Origin: Promethearchaeota archaeon
GTDB lineage: Archaea; Asgardarchaeota; Lokiarchaeia; Sigyniarchaeales; SOKP01
DNA length: 64,000 nucleotides
Assembly: GCA_011364925.1 (NCBI GenBank)
Contig: RDOA01000008.1
Span: 32,001 to 96,000, forward strand
Direction: 5' to 3'
The notes under the pieces were generated by a model. That model had not been told where the DNA came from and made no database searches. It saw nothing but the letters and a program-made list of their open reading frames with translations. Every line of letters begins with the position of its first letter. Positions within the stretch are counted from its first letter, which is position 1. Position numbers and translations under genes: made by a program. Below, one piece after another: positions 20,050 through 30,123 of this stretch.

Positions 20050-22188
20050 TTACGAATGTAAAGTATACCGTTTTCTCGATTCCCATTCAGCTTTCTTACC
20101 TAAATTATATCTATTTACTTCGCTATAGTACCCCGTAATTCTCGAATACACCTTAACGTCTCCAGATTGACAAATTGGACAATTAAAAGTTCCACCCCGG
20201 AACATTTTTCTGCAATGAGGGCAAAAAGTAAAATCAGTTGTGTAAGCGAAATACGCTGTGTTTGTATTGAGACAAATGTTTTTAGTCAACTCCCATAAGC
20301 CATGAATATCTGGATTCTGCTCACCGAGCCAAATATGAGTAATTACACCTCCTTCTACAATGGGGTGCAAATCTCCTTGCTTTTTAATCCTTTCAGGTAA
20401 ACTTATATCAGCATCATATCTGAAATGGCTAGAATTTGTATAGTATGCTGACTCACCTGAAGATTGCGGGATTGCTTGTTTAGGGAAATGCTTCAAATCT
20501 AATCTTGCAAATCTTCCGGAACTAGATTCAGCAGGTTGTTCCCATAAAGAAAAGCTAATTCTTTCCCTCTCTGTCATGAAATTGCACTTAGCTACCATAT
20601 ATTCTAAAACTTTTTTTCCTAATTTATATGCAGTCTCATTTTCATGTAATTCGTATCCAGTCAATCCCTTCATGGCTTCGTTCAAACCAGTAAAGCCGAT
20701 CGAAAGGTTTTGATCTTTTAAATTAAAAATTGATTTTCCATTAATTTCGCCACTACATAAGGGTAGATGCCCCGATCTTAAACGCTTTTCCATTAAGCTC
20801 CATTTTTTTAGTAAAATCCTCGCAGAAAGCTCTATTTTTTCATCTAAAATCCTAAAATAATCATCTTCATTATTAGCCATATATGCATATCTTGGTAAAT
20901 TAAGACTAACGCTTTGAAGTGAGCCAATTGAGACATAATTCTCCCATACATTAGCATTCTTTCTTTCTTCGGAATCTAATATACATTTACTAATAATCTG
21001 ATTTCCACTTAAAAATTTTCGACAACATTGGCTATGAATTTCGTCTGGCATCCATTCAGGACACATATTAAGAAAATAGGGAGTCCCCATTTTCGCAACT
21101 TCTTCCATTAACTTAATGTAGGATGGTTCGAACTCTTTTAACCATTCCTTTTTAATTTTTATTTCGTGTTTCGGAAACGCAAACAGCTTTCCATCGTAAT
21201 CTCCTTGGATATAAACGTCGGTAAGAGCATCAAAAAGTTTTAAACACTCCTCTTTATAATCCTCATACTTTCCAATGACTTTACCATGGGGACCAATAGC
21301 GGGGATGTTTAGCAACCCGTCAGGTATTGTGGGAGTACATGATATTGATGTAAAGGGTACTTGACCTCCTCGAGCTGCAAAAATTTGATTTGTTTCAAAT
21401 ATTAAGCATTGCATAGATTGTTCGATTTCTCCCGCGGAAAGACCATGTGCATAAGGAGCGAGGAATGTAGTAATATAGTCGTACCCCTGACCGCCTGAAA
21501 ATTCGCCCTGAATAGTGCCTAACCATTTAGCTAAGTGTGTTACTGCTACCCTTAAACTTCCTGCAGGACCCGATCGATTACAATGAGCCCAACTATTTAC
21601 AGGTGGTAATCCGTGTTCAAGAATCATACGTGGATCCCATTCCTGACAAAAAGGTCGAAGGTCGAAATATCTAAGCATATGTACGTGAATATCTCCACAT
21701 AAATGGGCTTGTGCTTCTTCAGAGTCTAAAATTCTTAGGAGAGCGTATTCATCAGAAATTCTATTTGCAGCCCAATGATGAATACTCTCTGGGTTCATAT
21801 CTTGATTAGCGTTTTCATTAATACCCTTCTCAAGTATTGCTTCATAATCCATTAAAGGCATACCGATTCGAGTATATAGCTTACGTTCATCCTCGTAGTG
21901 TTCTTCTGATAAAATTGAGCACACAATTTCTCGTATGTGTGGGCCTGATAAAAATGATATATTAGAGGAAATAATTCTCCTCACAACTAATTGCGTAATT
22001 CTGTCAGCAGATTCTAAATCGAGCCCTGTTTCGCGCATAATGCTTTCTTTTATTTTTAAAGGGTTAAAAGGTACTACATCGCCTTCTGTTCGTGAAACTC
22101 TCGGTAATAAATTCTTTAAAAATCCACTTTCTAACAGCTTTTTTTCGTTAGTAGTTTCAGATTCTGGAGTTAAAACCATAACAATCAT
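20050..22188 (-). CDS. nrdD: anaerobic (class III) ribonucleoside-triphosphate reductase with ATP cone
   Basis: N-terminal ATP cone, SGGQG, FPK, SQCCR, SLNLPR, PAES, YTNSSH, CxxC..CxxC, glycyl-radical motif SRITGYY. Confidence 0.95.
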   Translation of the reverse strand: MIVMVLTPESETTNEKKLLESGFLKNLLPRVSRTEGDVVPFNPLKIKESIMRETGLDLESADRITQLVVRRIISSNISFLSGPHIREIVCSILSEEHYEDERKLYTRIGMPLMDYEAILEKGINENANQDMNPESIHHWAANRISDEYALLRILDSEEAQAHLCGDIHVHMLRYFDLRPFCQEWDPRMILEHGLPPVNSWAHCNRSGPAGSLRVAVTHLAKWLGTIQGEFSGGQGYDYITTFLAPYAHGLSAGEIEQSMQCLIFETNQIFAARGGQVPFTSISCTPTIPDGLLNIPAIGPHGKVIGKYEDYKEECLKLFDALTDVYIQGDYDGKLFAFPKHEIKIKKEWLKEFEPSYIKLMEEVAKMGTPYFLNMCPEWMPDEIHSQCCRKFLSGNQIISKCILDSEERKNANVWENYVSIGSLQSVSLNLPRYAYMANNEDDYFRILDEKIELSARILLKKWSLMEKRLRSGHLPLCSGEINGKSIFNLKDQNLSIGFTGLNEAMKGLTGYELHENETAYKLGKKVLEYMVAKCNFMTERERISFSLWEQPAESSSGRFARLDLKHFPKQAIPQSSGESAYYTNSSHFRYDADISLPERIKKQGDLHPIVEGGVITHIWLGEQNPDIHGLWELTKNICLNTNTAYFAYTTDFTFCPHCRKMFRGGTFNCPICQSGDVKVYSRITGYYSEVNRYNLGKKAEWESRKRYTLHS

Positions 22189-22603
22189 CTTTTTTTTTAA
22201 TTTATTATTTCCACTTATATGATAACGGAAAATTACCGTTAAGAAAAACTAAAATTTTCGTCGGTTTGATTAAGCGAAATAATAGCTTAAATGAATATAT
22301 ATTCTCGTTAATACATTGCCTCTTTTGATATAAAAATCTATTTCTTTTTCCAATTTAAACTTAATCTATTAAATAATTGTTCACAACCTAAAAACTCTGT
22401 CAGGAAAATCACAGAAAAATCCATATTGTCACCGTTAAATTTGGGTACGTTATCACAAATCTCGATATTTTACTCGCAAACTTAAAATTGTCGTCTTAAC
22501 TGGTTTTGTAATTTTCAATTTATGGGTGAAAAATTTAAAAAATATTGATTACGAGTATATTTAAAGAAAAATTAGATGAGATTAAGTTAAAAAACCAGTT
22601 AAA

Positions 22604-22933
22604 ATGAAGAAAAATCCCGTAAACAAAAGTTCTATCAATGGTATAGAGGCATTGACTGGAATCTATCGAAAAACCTTAATCTATAACGATAATCTGATGT
22701 TATGTCATTTTTTCTTAGAAAAGAATTCAGAAGTTCCCCTTCATTCGCACAAGGAACACCAAATTGGGTATGTAATTAAAGGAAAATTAAATTTTTTCAC
22801 TGAAGATGGAGAATTTATGGCTGAAGAAGGAGACAGTTATGTTTTTGAATCAAATGAAAAACATGGGGCTAAAATCTTGGAAGATTCGGAAGTAATAGAT
22901 GTTTTTAGCCCATCAAGGGAAGATTACAAATAA
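22604..22933 (+). CDS. cupin domain protein
   Basis: VPLHSHKEHQIGYVIKG...H...VIDVFSPSREDY. Confidence 0.9.
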   Translation: MKKNPVNKSSINGIEALTGIYRKTLIYNDNLMLCHFFLEKNSEVPLHSHKEHQIGYVIKGKLNFFTEDGEFMAEEGDSYVFESNEKHGAKILEDSEVIDVFSPSREDYK

Positions 22934-22966
22934 CACTGAATAGATGTAGATAAACTTAATAAAGAT

Positions 22967-23338
22967 TTACCACTGATACGCAGCGACAACAAAAACGGCA
23001 ATCATACAGAAAATAAATTGTGCTAATAGCCAGTCGATGAACAGTTTTCTTTTTTGATCTCTATTTTCCTTAACTTTCGCTGCTAATGCAAAACTAATTG
23101 CTGAATTGGTTCCAGTGAAGATTATCAGTGCAAATGTGGATGCGTTTAATCTTAATGTAATCATATCTAGGATATAATCAAAAATAAAAAAAACACTTAA
23201 CAAGGCTAACATCGCTATTAAAAATATCCATCCCGAAAATTGAATGACTTTCTCAAATACGATTTCCTCTTCAGATAATCCTCCTGGTAACCTTGTCGTT
23301 TTTTTCTTTACTTTTGACATGTCTTTAATACCATACAA
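22967..23338 (-). CDS. small membrane protein (3 TM)
   Basis: three hydrophobic segments. Confidence 0.7.
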   Translation of the reverse strand: MYGIKDMSKVKKKTTRLPGGLSEEEIVFEKVIQFSGWIFLIAMLALLSVFFIFDYILDMITLRLNASTFALIIFTGTNSAISFALAAKVKENRDQKRKLFIDWLLAQFIFCMIAVFVVAAYQW

Positions 23339-23404
23339 ATTATAAACAATTGAATGCTTAATGATTCTTAACTCTTTTTTTTTCTATAAACTCATTTCAA
23401 AATA

Positions 23405-23884
23405 TTAAGGTTTATTTTTTAGAAATAAAATCGCCTTTGCTATATCTCCCTCGCTATCAATTAATGCAGCATTAGCCTCTTCCTTACTTACTTTTGCTTG
23501 AGTAGCTACTAACATTATATCATTTTCAGTAATAATCGTTTTTGTTTCAGATTCTTCGATTATTCCCTCTTCTTCCTCTTCTTCCCTTTCCCCAAACTGA
23601 ACCTCGCCTACGGGATATTCCTCTGCTTCTCCTATCACTTGATAAATTTCTTGACCCATTTGCTTCATTAATACGACTTCGGGTTGATCTATTACGAGTG
23701 TTTTATCGTAACTTTCGATTATTACGCGTGTGGCGTTAACTTGTTCCATATCTATTCCTTGTTGCTGCATTCGACGACGCATCTGTCGTGATGCAAATTG
23801 TTGACCTTCTCTTTTTTTTGTTGCTTGTGGACGTGTAGGTTTACTTTTTTCCTTTTTTTGCATCTCTTTAGGCAATTTTACCAT
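23405..23884 (-). CDS. nac: nascent polypeptide-associated complex protein
   Basis: MRRRMQQQGIDMEQV.ATRVII, YQVIG, C-terminal UBA-like DIMLVATQAKVSKEEA..AL...GDIAKAI. Confidence 0.92.
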   Translation of the reverse strand: MVKLPKEMQKKEKSKPTRPQATKKREGQQFASRQMRRRMQQQGIDMEQVNATRVIIESYDKTLVIDQPEVVLMKQMGQEIYQVIGEAEEYPVGEVQFGEREEEEEEGIIEESETKTIITENDIMLVATQAKVSKEEANAALIDSEGDIAKAILFLKNKP

Positions 23885-23932
23885 TTTTTCAACAACTCCA
23901 AACGATATTATATTATAATTATCTATTTATTT

Positions 23933-24424
23933 TTATAATTTTGATTTATTGTTTCCTTTCCTAACTTTTATAGCAACTCCAGTTTTAAAACTTTGAACAT
24001 ATGGAACTGGGATCATTAGCTTTCCAATCGCTAAAGTTTCATTTTCCTGATTCACAACAATAACTTCATCTAAAGGTCTTAAATTTTCATCAATCTCAAT
24101 AATGTGTTTACAGAAGACATTTCGACCTATTCTAATGAAATCAGATACTTCACTCATAACCACAGCTCTGAGTTTTGGTGAAGGGATATTCTTAGCTATT
24201 TTATCAGCTGAAAATAAACTTAGTGTAAAAAAACCATTTGTAGGTCTTAAATTTAATATAAGGTTGTTTTTATAATATACATGCTTTATTTTGCCTGTAT
24301 TTTTAGAAAATTCAAAATGAATCTCATTTTCATCTTCAAACAGAATATCTGTGATCGGTTGACCAAATTGGTAATCAGAAATCGCTTTTGCTTTTCTTAA
24401 AGCAAATAGCATTTTGGTTTCCAT
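23933..24424 (-). CDS. PUA-domain RNA-binding protein (TGT C2/PUA-like)
   Basis: DYQFG, SKNTGKIK, GRNVFCKHI...LRPLDEVIVV, GVAIKVR. Confidence 0.85.
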   Translation of the reverse strand: METKMLFALRKAKAISDYQFGQPITDILFEDENEIHFEFSKNTGKIKHVYYKNNLILNLRPTNGFFTLSLFSADKIAKNIPSPKLRAVVMSEVSDFIRIGRNVFCKHIIEIDENLRPLDEVIVVNQENETLAIGKLMIPVPYVQSFKTGVAIKVRKGNNKSKL

Positions 24425-24484
24425 ATTGACATATTGTTGTATAACTTTACATTAAAATAAAATGGATTAATACAGATAAGAAGG

Positions 24485-25696
24485 TTAAGTATACATTCTT
24501 GATTGAACAGACTGATCTTTCATTTTATTCATTACTTTATTTACAGCTTCAACAAAATCTTCTTTGACGATTTGCTCTGCATCTTTCCTGATTGCAAACA
24601 TTCCAGCTTCAGTGCATATGGCTTTGATATCCGCTCCAGTAGCCCCCTCGGTTAATTCAACTAACCTATTAAAGTTAACTTCACCTTCAATATTTAAAGC
24701 TCTAGTGTGAATTTTGAATATTGATTTTCTTGATTCTTCGTCTGGTATGGGAAAATCAATCATTCGATCAAATCTACCTGGTCTTAATAAAGCAGGATCT
24801 AAGATATCGATTCGATTTGTTGCTCCAATTATTTTTACATCACCTCTTTGCTCAAATCCGTCTAATTCGCTTAACAATTGCATTAAGGTCCTCTGAACTT
24901 CCCTATCTCCAGAAGTGGCAATTTTTAATCTTTGTGAACCAATTGCGTCTAATTCGTCAATAAATAAAATTGTGGGCGCTTTTTGTTTTGCTAAATTGAA
25001 AATTTCTCTTACTAAGCGAGCACCTTCACCAATAAATTTCTGAACTAATTCAGAACCAATTATTCTGATAAAAGTCGCTTCAGTTTCGTGAGCAACTGCT
25101 TTTGCTACGAGAGTCTTACCTGTACCCGGGGGTCCATAAAGCAAAACTCCTTTAGGAGGATCGATTCCTACTTTTTTAAATAAATCCGGTTTTAAAAGAG
25201 GTAATTCGACAGTTTCTCTTACTTCTTGTATTTGATCACTTAATCCACCTACGTCTTCGTAAGAGATGTCTGGAATTTCGTCTATTACTTCCATTCCTTT
25301 CACAAATGGATCCAATTTAGTCGGTAGAATCTCCATAATTGCGAAAGTTCTCTGATTTAAGGCGACTCGCATACCAGGAGTTAAATTCTCATTTTTCACT
25401 TTTCTACTGGGGTTAACAACAAAACTAGGTCCTGTGGAGCTCTTAACAATGACTTTTCCCGTGTCTTCTAACATATCAATTACAGTAGCTGACACTAATG
25501 GAGGCTCTCTTAATCTGTCAATCTCATTTCTTAGACTATTTAATTCCTGCTCTAATCTTAAACGCTCTGCATCTAAAAGTTGCTTCTCCGTTTCAAGATT
25601 TCTTAATCTTTTTTCTAAATGCCTCGTATAGGTGATTAGATATTCTTCATCTTTCGAAGTTTCTTCCTTTTTTCTCCTGTCCTTAGTCGTTGTCAA
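24485..25696 (-). CDS. pan: proteasome-activating nucleotidase
   Basis: N-terminal coiled coil, [35 protein letters not shown]-terminal HbYX (MYT). Confidence 0.97.
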   Translation of the reverse strand: MTTTKDRRKKEETSKDEEYLITYTRHLEKRLRNLETEKQLLDAERLRLEQELNSLRNEIDRLREPPLVSATVIDMLEDTGKVIVKSSTGPSFVVNPSRKVKNENLTPGMRVALNQRTFAIMEILPTKLDPFVKGMEVIDEIPDISYEDVGGLSDQIQEVRETVELPLLKPDLFKKVGIDPPKGVLLYGPPGTGKTLVAKAVAHETEATFIRIIGSELVQKFIGEGARLVREIFNLAKQKAPTILFIDELDAIGSQRLKIATSGDREVQRTLMQLLSELDGFEQRGDVKIIGATNRIDILDPALLRPGRFDRMIDFPIPDEESRKSIFKIHTRALNIEGEVNFNRLVELTEGATGADIKAICTEAGMFAIRKDAEQIVKEDFVEAVNKVMNKMKDQSVQSRMYT

Positions 25697-25938
25697 ATAT
25701 TATCTTCCCCATCTTTTACTTATTTCAATTCTAAGATAAAAATCTAAATTAATAATAACAATTTATTCATTTAAACTTAAGGTAATACGCTAATATCAGA
25801 AAGCAGTTGAGTAATAAAAAATTTTTGGATTATATTTTATAACGAGTTCTATTTAGAAACCATAAATTATAAGAGTTCTATATCCCAATCTTATTTGTGA
25901 AGTTTTTCCTTTAAAATTACCAAGAGCAGTGTTATTCT

Positions 25939-26475
25939 ATGTCGAAAAAGAAGGGAAACGAATATGAGAAGGAATGTCCAATTTGTGGTGGAATAATATG
26001 GGGACAAGGAGAAAAGGTTCTCATTGAAGGAGCAAAAATTACCGTGTGTCAAAGTTGTGCTCAATTTGGCGTAAAAATTAAACCTAAACCTAAAATTGCG
26101 GATAATATGCAAAAAATTTATCCTAAACCTAAACCATCCTCGAAACGAATAGTTCATTCCAGAGATTTGGACGAGAGTGTAGAGATTGTTAACGATTATG
26201 TCAGGAGAATTAAAAAAGCTCGGAATGCTCGCGGACTGAATCAAGATCAGTTTGCTCAAAAACTAAACGAGAAACCTTCTTTATTGAGAAGAATTGAAGC
26301 TGGGAAAGTCGAGCCTACAATACAGTTGGCAAAAAAGATAGAACAAGTTTATAGCATTGTACTTCTTAAGCAGGTAGATGAAATCGAACCTTCAAATAAG
26401 CAAAGCCAGTATATGAAGAAATCTAGTGGCTCTTCTTTAGGTGATATCGCTTATGTTAAAAAGAAGAAGAAATAG
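25939..26475 (+). CDS. archaeal multiprotein bridging factor MBF1
   Basis: CPICG..CQSC zinc ribbon plus HTH (ARNARGLNQDQFAQKLNEK.SLLRRIEAG) and SLGD; divergent from pan. Confidence 0.92.
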   Translation: MSKKKGNEYEKECPICGGIIWGQGEKVLIEGAKITVCQSCAQFGVKIKPKPKIADNMQKIYPKPKPSSKRIVHSRDLDESVEIVNDYVRRIKKARNARGLNQDQFAQKLNEKPSLLRRIEAGKVEPTIQLAKKIEQVYSIVLLKQVDEIEPSNKQSQYMKKSSGSSLGDIAYVKKKKK

Positions 26476-26607
26476 CATCTAATTGAAAAAAGAAAGTCAA
26501 GATCTATCTCGTTGGATTGAAGGTCTTTAGATAAATAGTACCTTTACTAATCCTTAAGTTTATTTTGTATATATAATATTCTCTAGAGGATAACTCAAGG
26601 AATTAGG

Positions 26608-27180
26608 TTATAAATCAAGATTTTCAATAAGAACAATTTTTTCTTTTAGAAATTGGATTAGTTCTTGATTGTCTTGTGCTTCTAGCGGACCCCCACAGTC
26701 GGGACATCTAAAATTCAATTCAAAAGCCTGATCAAAATTAAATTTGTTACTAGAACTCGAGCATTCTTTACAGACAAAAAAATAGTTGCTTTCTTCAAAT
26801 TTTAATCTCTCTCTTAATTTTGTCTCCATTAATTTCCTTTTCTCCATTAATATTTCTTCAAACAAGTCAAATTCATGCCACCAATAATAAATAAACCATC
26901 CCGTAGATTTATCTCTAATTCTTCTAAATTGAGCGAGCTTGCTACTATATAGTTTGTAAAGCGTTTTTCGTACAGTATTAAGTTTCAAAAATTCCCCATC
27001 ATTATCTTCAAAGATTATATCAGGTTTTAAATTTTTAAGGCGATCTTTAATGTTTTCAGTGATACCCTCATCAGTTATATCCTCCTCTTCTGAATTTAAT
27101 AATTCAATTCCAACTTCAATAGCTATTTCGCCACCTATTATAAACAAAAAAGATCTTAATAGAGGGTTCATTTCTTTCAT
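26608..27180 (-). CDS. tfe: transcription initiation factor E alpha
   Basis: LNTVRKTLYKLY, RIRDKSTGWFIYYW, FxCxxC..AFELNFRCPDCG. Confidence 0.93.
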   Translation of the reverse strand: MKEMNPLLRSFLFIIGGEIAIEVGIELLNSEEEDITDEGITENIKDRLKNLKPDIIFEDNDGEFLKLNTVRKTLYKLYSSKLAQFRRIRDKSTGWFIYYWWHEFDLFEEILMEKRKLMETKLRERLKFEESNYFFVCKECSSSSNKFNFDQAFELNFRCPDCGGPLEAQDNQELIQFLKEKIVLIENLDL

Positions 27181-27283
27181 AATTCTTTATCTTCCCATTC
27201 TTATCTATTCTTCTTACTATTAAAACTTACATTAAAATTAAATTTTTTTAAATTTAAAATACTAAAATTAATTTTCCTGACTC

Positions 27284-28066
27284 TTAAACTATAATTGAGT
27301 ACTGTTTTTCTATCACTTCACCATCAACATCAAGAGAACGAAACATTTTTCCTTTTCGCACAGCCATGATTCTTAATAAGGAAGAATTTTTGATGTTCTT
27401 AGGGATCTCAATCTCATTTATTTTATAATTATTAAATATTATAAGGGATTTCCAATTTTTAGGAATCTCAGAAATAAAATCAGGAACCGCTGAATCTAAC
27501 ACCATCTTTAGGTTAGTAGCAGTGGTGCTTAATGTACCACTGCAAAATTGAATTCTTTTGCTCAAATCATCATCTTCAACTTTTTTTTTCGATGGTTGGG
27601 GGATGCTCTTTTTCGTAGTTACCTTACAATTTGGATTAATACCAAAAGATAAGAGTAAGTAGCTGTTTTTTCTAAAAATATCTATCGCTTGTAATAATTG
27701 ATTCTTTTTTACCTTGTCAATAATGTCAGCTTTATAATTTTTCGTTTGACCTGTAGATTTTTTCAATTCCCATGTTAACCCAAGATGTGATATTGTTTCT
27801 TTTAAATCCTCACCTGATATCAACTTTCCTTTAATCTCAAATTCAAGTTCGGAACTAGAGATCGATTTACCTACTAGTTCTAAAATCAAATCTTCATATT
27901 CATGAGTTCCTTTAAGCGTGATTTTTCCACTGGTTTTAGAGATCTTTAGCGCGGGACCAATAAAATCTCCTTTTGAGTATCTATAGAAATGTCTATGAAT
28001 ACTCATATAGTTTTTCGGTGGATTCTCTAAAATGGGGTTCTTGATTAACTCACTTAAAAAATGCAT
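27284..28066 (-). CDS. conserved archaeal hypothetical protein
   Basis: 260-aa ORF; HRHFYRYSKGDF motif; in line with tfe. Confidence 0.75.
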   Translation of the reverse strand: MHFLSELIKNPILENPPKNYMSIHRHFYRYSKGDFIGPALKISKTSGKITLKGTHEYEDLILELVGKSISSSELEFEIKGKLISGEDLKETISHLGLTWELKKSTGQTKNYKADIIDKVKKNQLLQAIDIFRKNSYLLLSFGINPNCKVTTKKSIPQPSKKKVEDDDLSKRIQFCSGTLSTTATNLKMVLDSAVPDFISEIPKNWKSLIIFNNYKINEIEIPKNIKNSSLLRIMAVRKGKMFRSLDVDGEVIEKQYSIIV

Positions 28067-28160
28067 CTTAACTCGTTAAATTATTTCTCTAATAATATAT
28101 ATCTAAACAATGATATTATAAATAGAACATAACTTTAAATTTTAATTTATGCATTAAGTA

Positions 28161-29057
28161 GTGAGCAAAATTAAAACAGAAGATTCTATTGTTTCGAGCA
28201 TCGTCAGCTATTTAGAGGATAATTTTAAAAATAATCTCGTTAGTGTGTTCGGTATTGGAAGCTATTTTGATAAATCACTTCCATTTGATTGGAAAATCAC
28301 TGATATTGATGTAATTGTCATAGTAAACTCCCTCGATACAATCCCGAAGCCTGAATGGACTGAAGTTCGATATGAAACTAAATTTATTAATAATTTCAAA
28401 GTCTGGTTGGGATACAATACACTTGAAGGGTTAAAAAATAAGGAAATTTTCAACAAAGAATCGTTTGCTAACTACGAATGGAGCCTTATAGACTTAAAGT
28501 GTCCAAAAAATTCTCAAATCTTATATGGTAAGGATATAAGAAGCCAGCTCCCAAAGGTCTCTGAATTAAAGTATAATTTTGATGATATTTTTGCGAGGAG
28601 CCTTTATCATCTAGATAAGAGTCTTAAGGAATTTAGTGGTTTAAGAGTATCGAATAAGGACATTTTAGCGTCTAAGAGAGAATTTACTAAGGCTGTGTTC
28701 AAATTCGGATTCTATCTATGTAAATATTTCGATAACGAGTACTACTTAACCTCAATTCTTGATATATCAAAACATATAGAAAATTTGCCTTTAGACAAGA
28801 TGGTGCGAAAAAAAATGCTATATTTTACGAAAGAGTCGGTTCTTTTTAGGAGAACAAATAAATTCTCTACAGATTTTAAAAATATTCAAAAAAACTATAC
28901 ATTTTTTATTATTTCTCTTCTTCGAAACGGAATCCTCCATCGACAATTAGAATATCAAGAACTAATTAGCTATCTTAAGGAATTACTCAATGGGTTGCCA
29001 TATCTCACAAGCTACATAAAAATTGCTAAAAAGATCTATAATTCCTCTAAAAATTAA
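28161..29057 (+). CDS. Pol-beta superfamily nucleotidyltransferase domain protein
   Basis: VFGIGSY...TDIDVIVIV (GS...DxD) followed by a helical domain. Confidence 0.78.
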   Translation: MSKIKTEDSIVSSIVSYLEDNFKNNLVSVFGIGSYFDKSLPFDWKITDIDVIVIVNSLDTIPKPEWTEVRYETKFINNFKVWLGYNTLEGLKNKEIFNKESFANYEWSLIDLKCPKNSQILYGKDIRSQLPKVSELKYNFDDIFARSLYHLDKSLKEFSGLRVSNKDILASKREFTKAVFKFGFYLCKYFDNEYYLTSILDISKHIENLPLDKMVRKKMLYFTKESVLFRRTNKFSTDFKNIQKNYTFFIISLLRNGILHRQLEYQELISYLKELLNGLPYLTSYIKIAKKIYNSSKN

Positions 29058-29173
29058 AAAAGATAAATAACTATTTTCACTTATCCCAACAGATATAAAA
29101 TCAGATTAATAAACTTAAAAAAAAATAAAATATAAGATATTATTTAAACCACTAAAATAAGAAACGATGTTTA

Positions 29174-29401
29174 ATGTTATTTTTAAACTTCCAAATCGAT
29201 GGTTTTCAAGTTCCTTCAATGACTATTTGGGTCTTAGCATGGGTTTTTCTTGTTATTGGATTCTTTTCATTAGCAATATTAATCATTTATACAAAATATG
29301 GAAGAGAATTATCAATTAGGCTCTCAATTATCTCTATTATCATTTCAGCTATTTTATTAGGATTTGCGTTCCATTTCTTCCTCATCACATTTGGAATATA
29401 A
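29174..29401 (+). CDS. small membrane protein (2 TM)
   Basis: two hydrophobic helices separated by TKYGRE. Confidence 0.65.
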   Translation: MLFLNFQIDGFQVPSMTIWVLAWVFLVIGFFSLAILIIYTKYGRELSIRLSIISIIISAILLGFAFHFFLITFGI

Positions 29402-29587
29402 TTTTGAGTTTTTATCTGCTAAAATATAGTACCTATCTTCTCCAGTTCCGTGCGTGCTACTCTGTCGCTGGAGCTTTTCTTCACAAAAATTAATTAAAAT
29501 GATGATAAAAATTTATAAAAGAAGGATGAATTTTTCTCTTAATTTAATAATTTAATAAAATTCTATTCAATAAGAAGGAGAAGATAA

Positions 29588-30037
29588 ATGTTATTTCAGA
29601 TAATTAATATTGGTGATCCTTTATTTTTCGTTTTGTGGTTAATCTTAGCAACGGTGATAGTATTTCTCATTATGTACATTGCTGTTCTTGTGGTAGTTTC
29701 AAAAACTAAAGCGCGAGACAAGTGGTTTTTAATTCTGCTATTGGCCTTTATAGCTGTTTTAGTGCTTCCCATTATCGTAGGAGCAATTATGTGGGTCTTA
29801 AATTTATTAGGCGAAGGATTAGCAGCTTTGAGAAATGCCATTGAGCCAGGTGCAGGACATAACTATTTACAGCTTTTTGCACCGATTATATTCTTTCTTT
29901 TGCTATTAGCTTTAACTAAATTCTTGCTGGGCATTTCTTGGGAGCACGCATTGTGGGTATCGCTATTAACATTATTCATTTTGTATATTATTTACTCTCT
30001 AATTCCAGAATTGTATGGTTTTATCCAATTCGGATAA
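29588..30037 (+). CDS. membrane protein (4 TM)
   Basis: AAGGAG SD upstream; four hydrophobic segments. Confidence 0.75.
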   Translation: MLFQIINIGDPLFFVLWLILATVIVFLIMYIAVLVVVSKTKARDKWFLILLLAFIAVLVLPIIVGAIMWVLNLLGEGLAALRNAIEPGAGHNYLQLFAPIIFFLLLLALTKFLLGISWEHALWVSLLTLFILYIIYSLIPELYGFIQFG

Positions 30038-30123
30038 TATAGAGATTAAATTATACTTTTTTTTCTTTTTTTGAAAAAATGGTGTCTTGTAGTAAAATAA
30101 AAATTAAAATTTTAAAAAGAATA

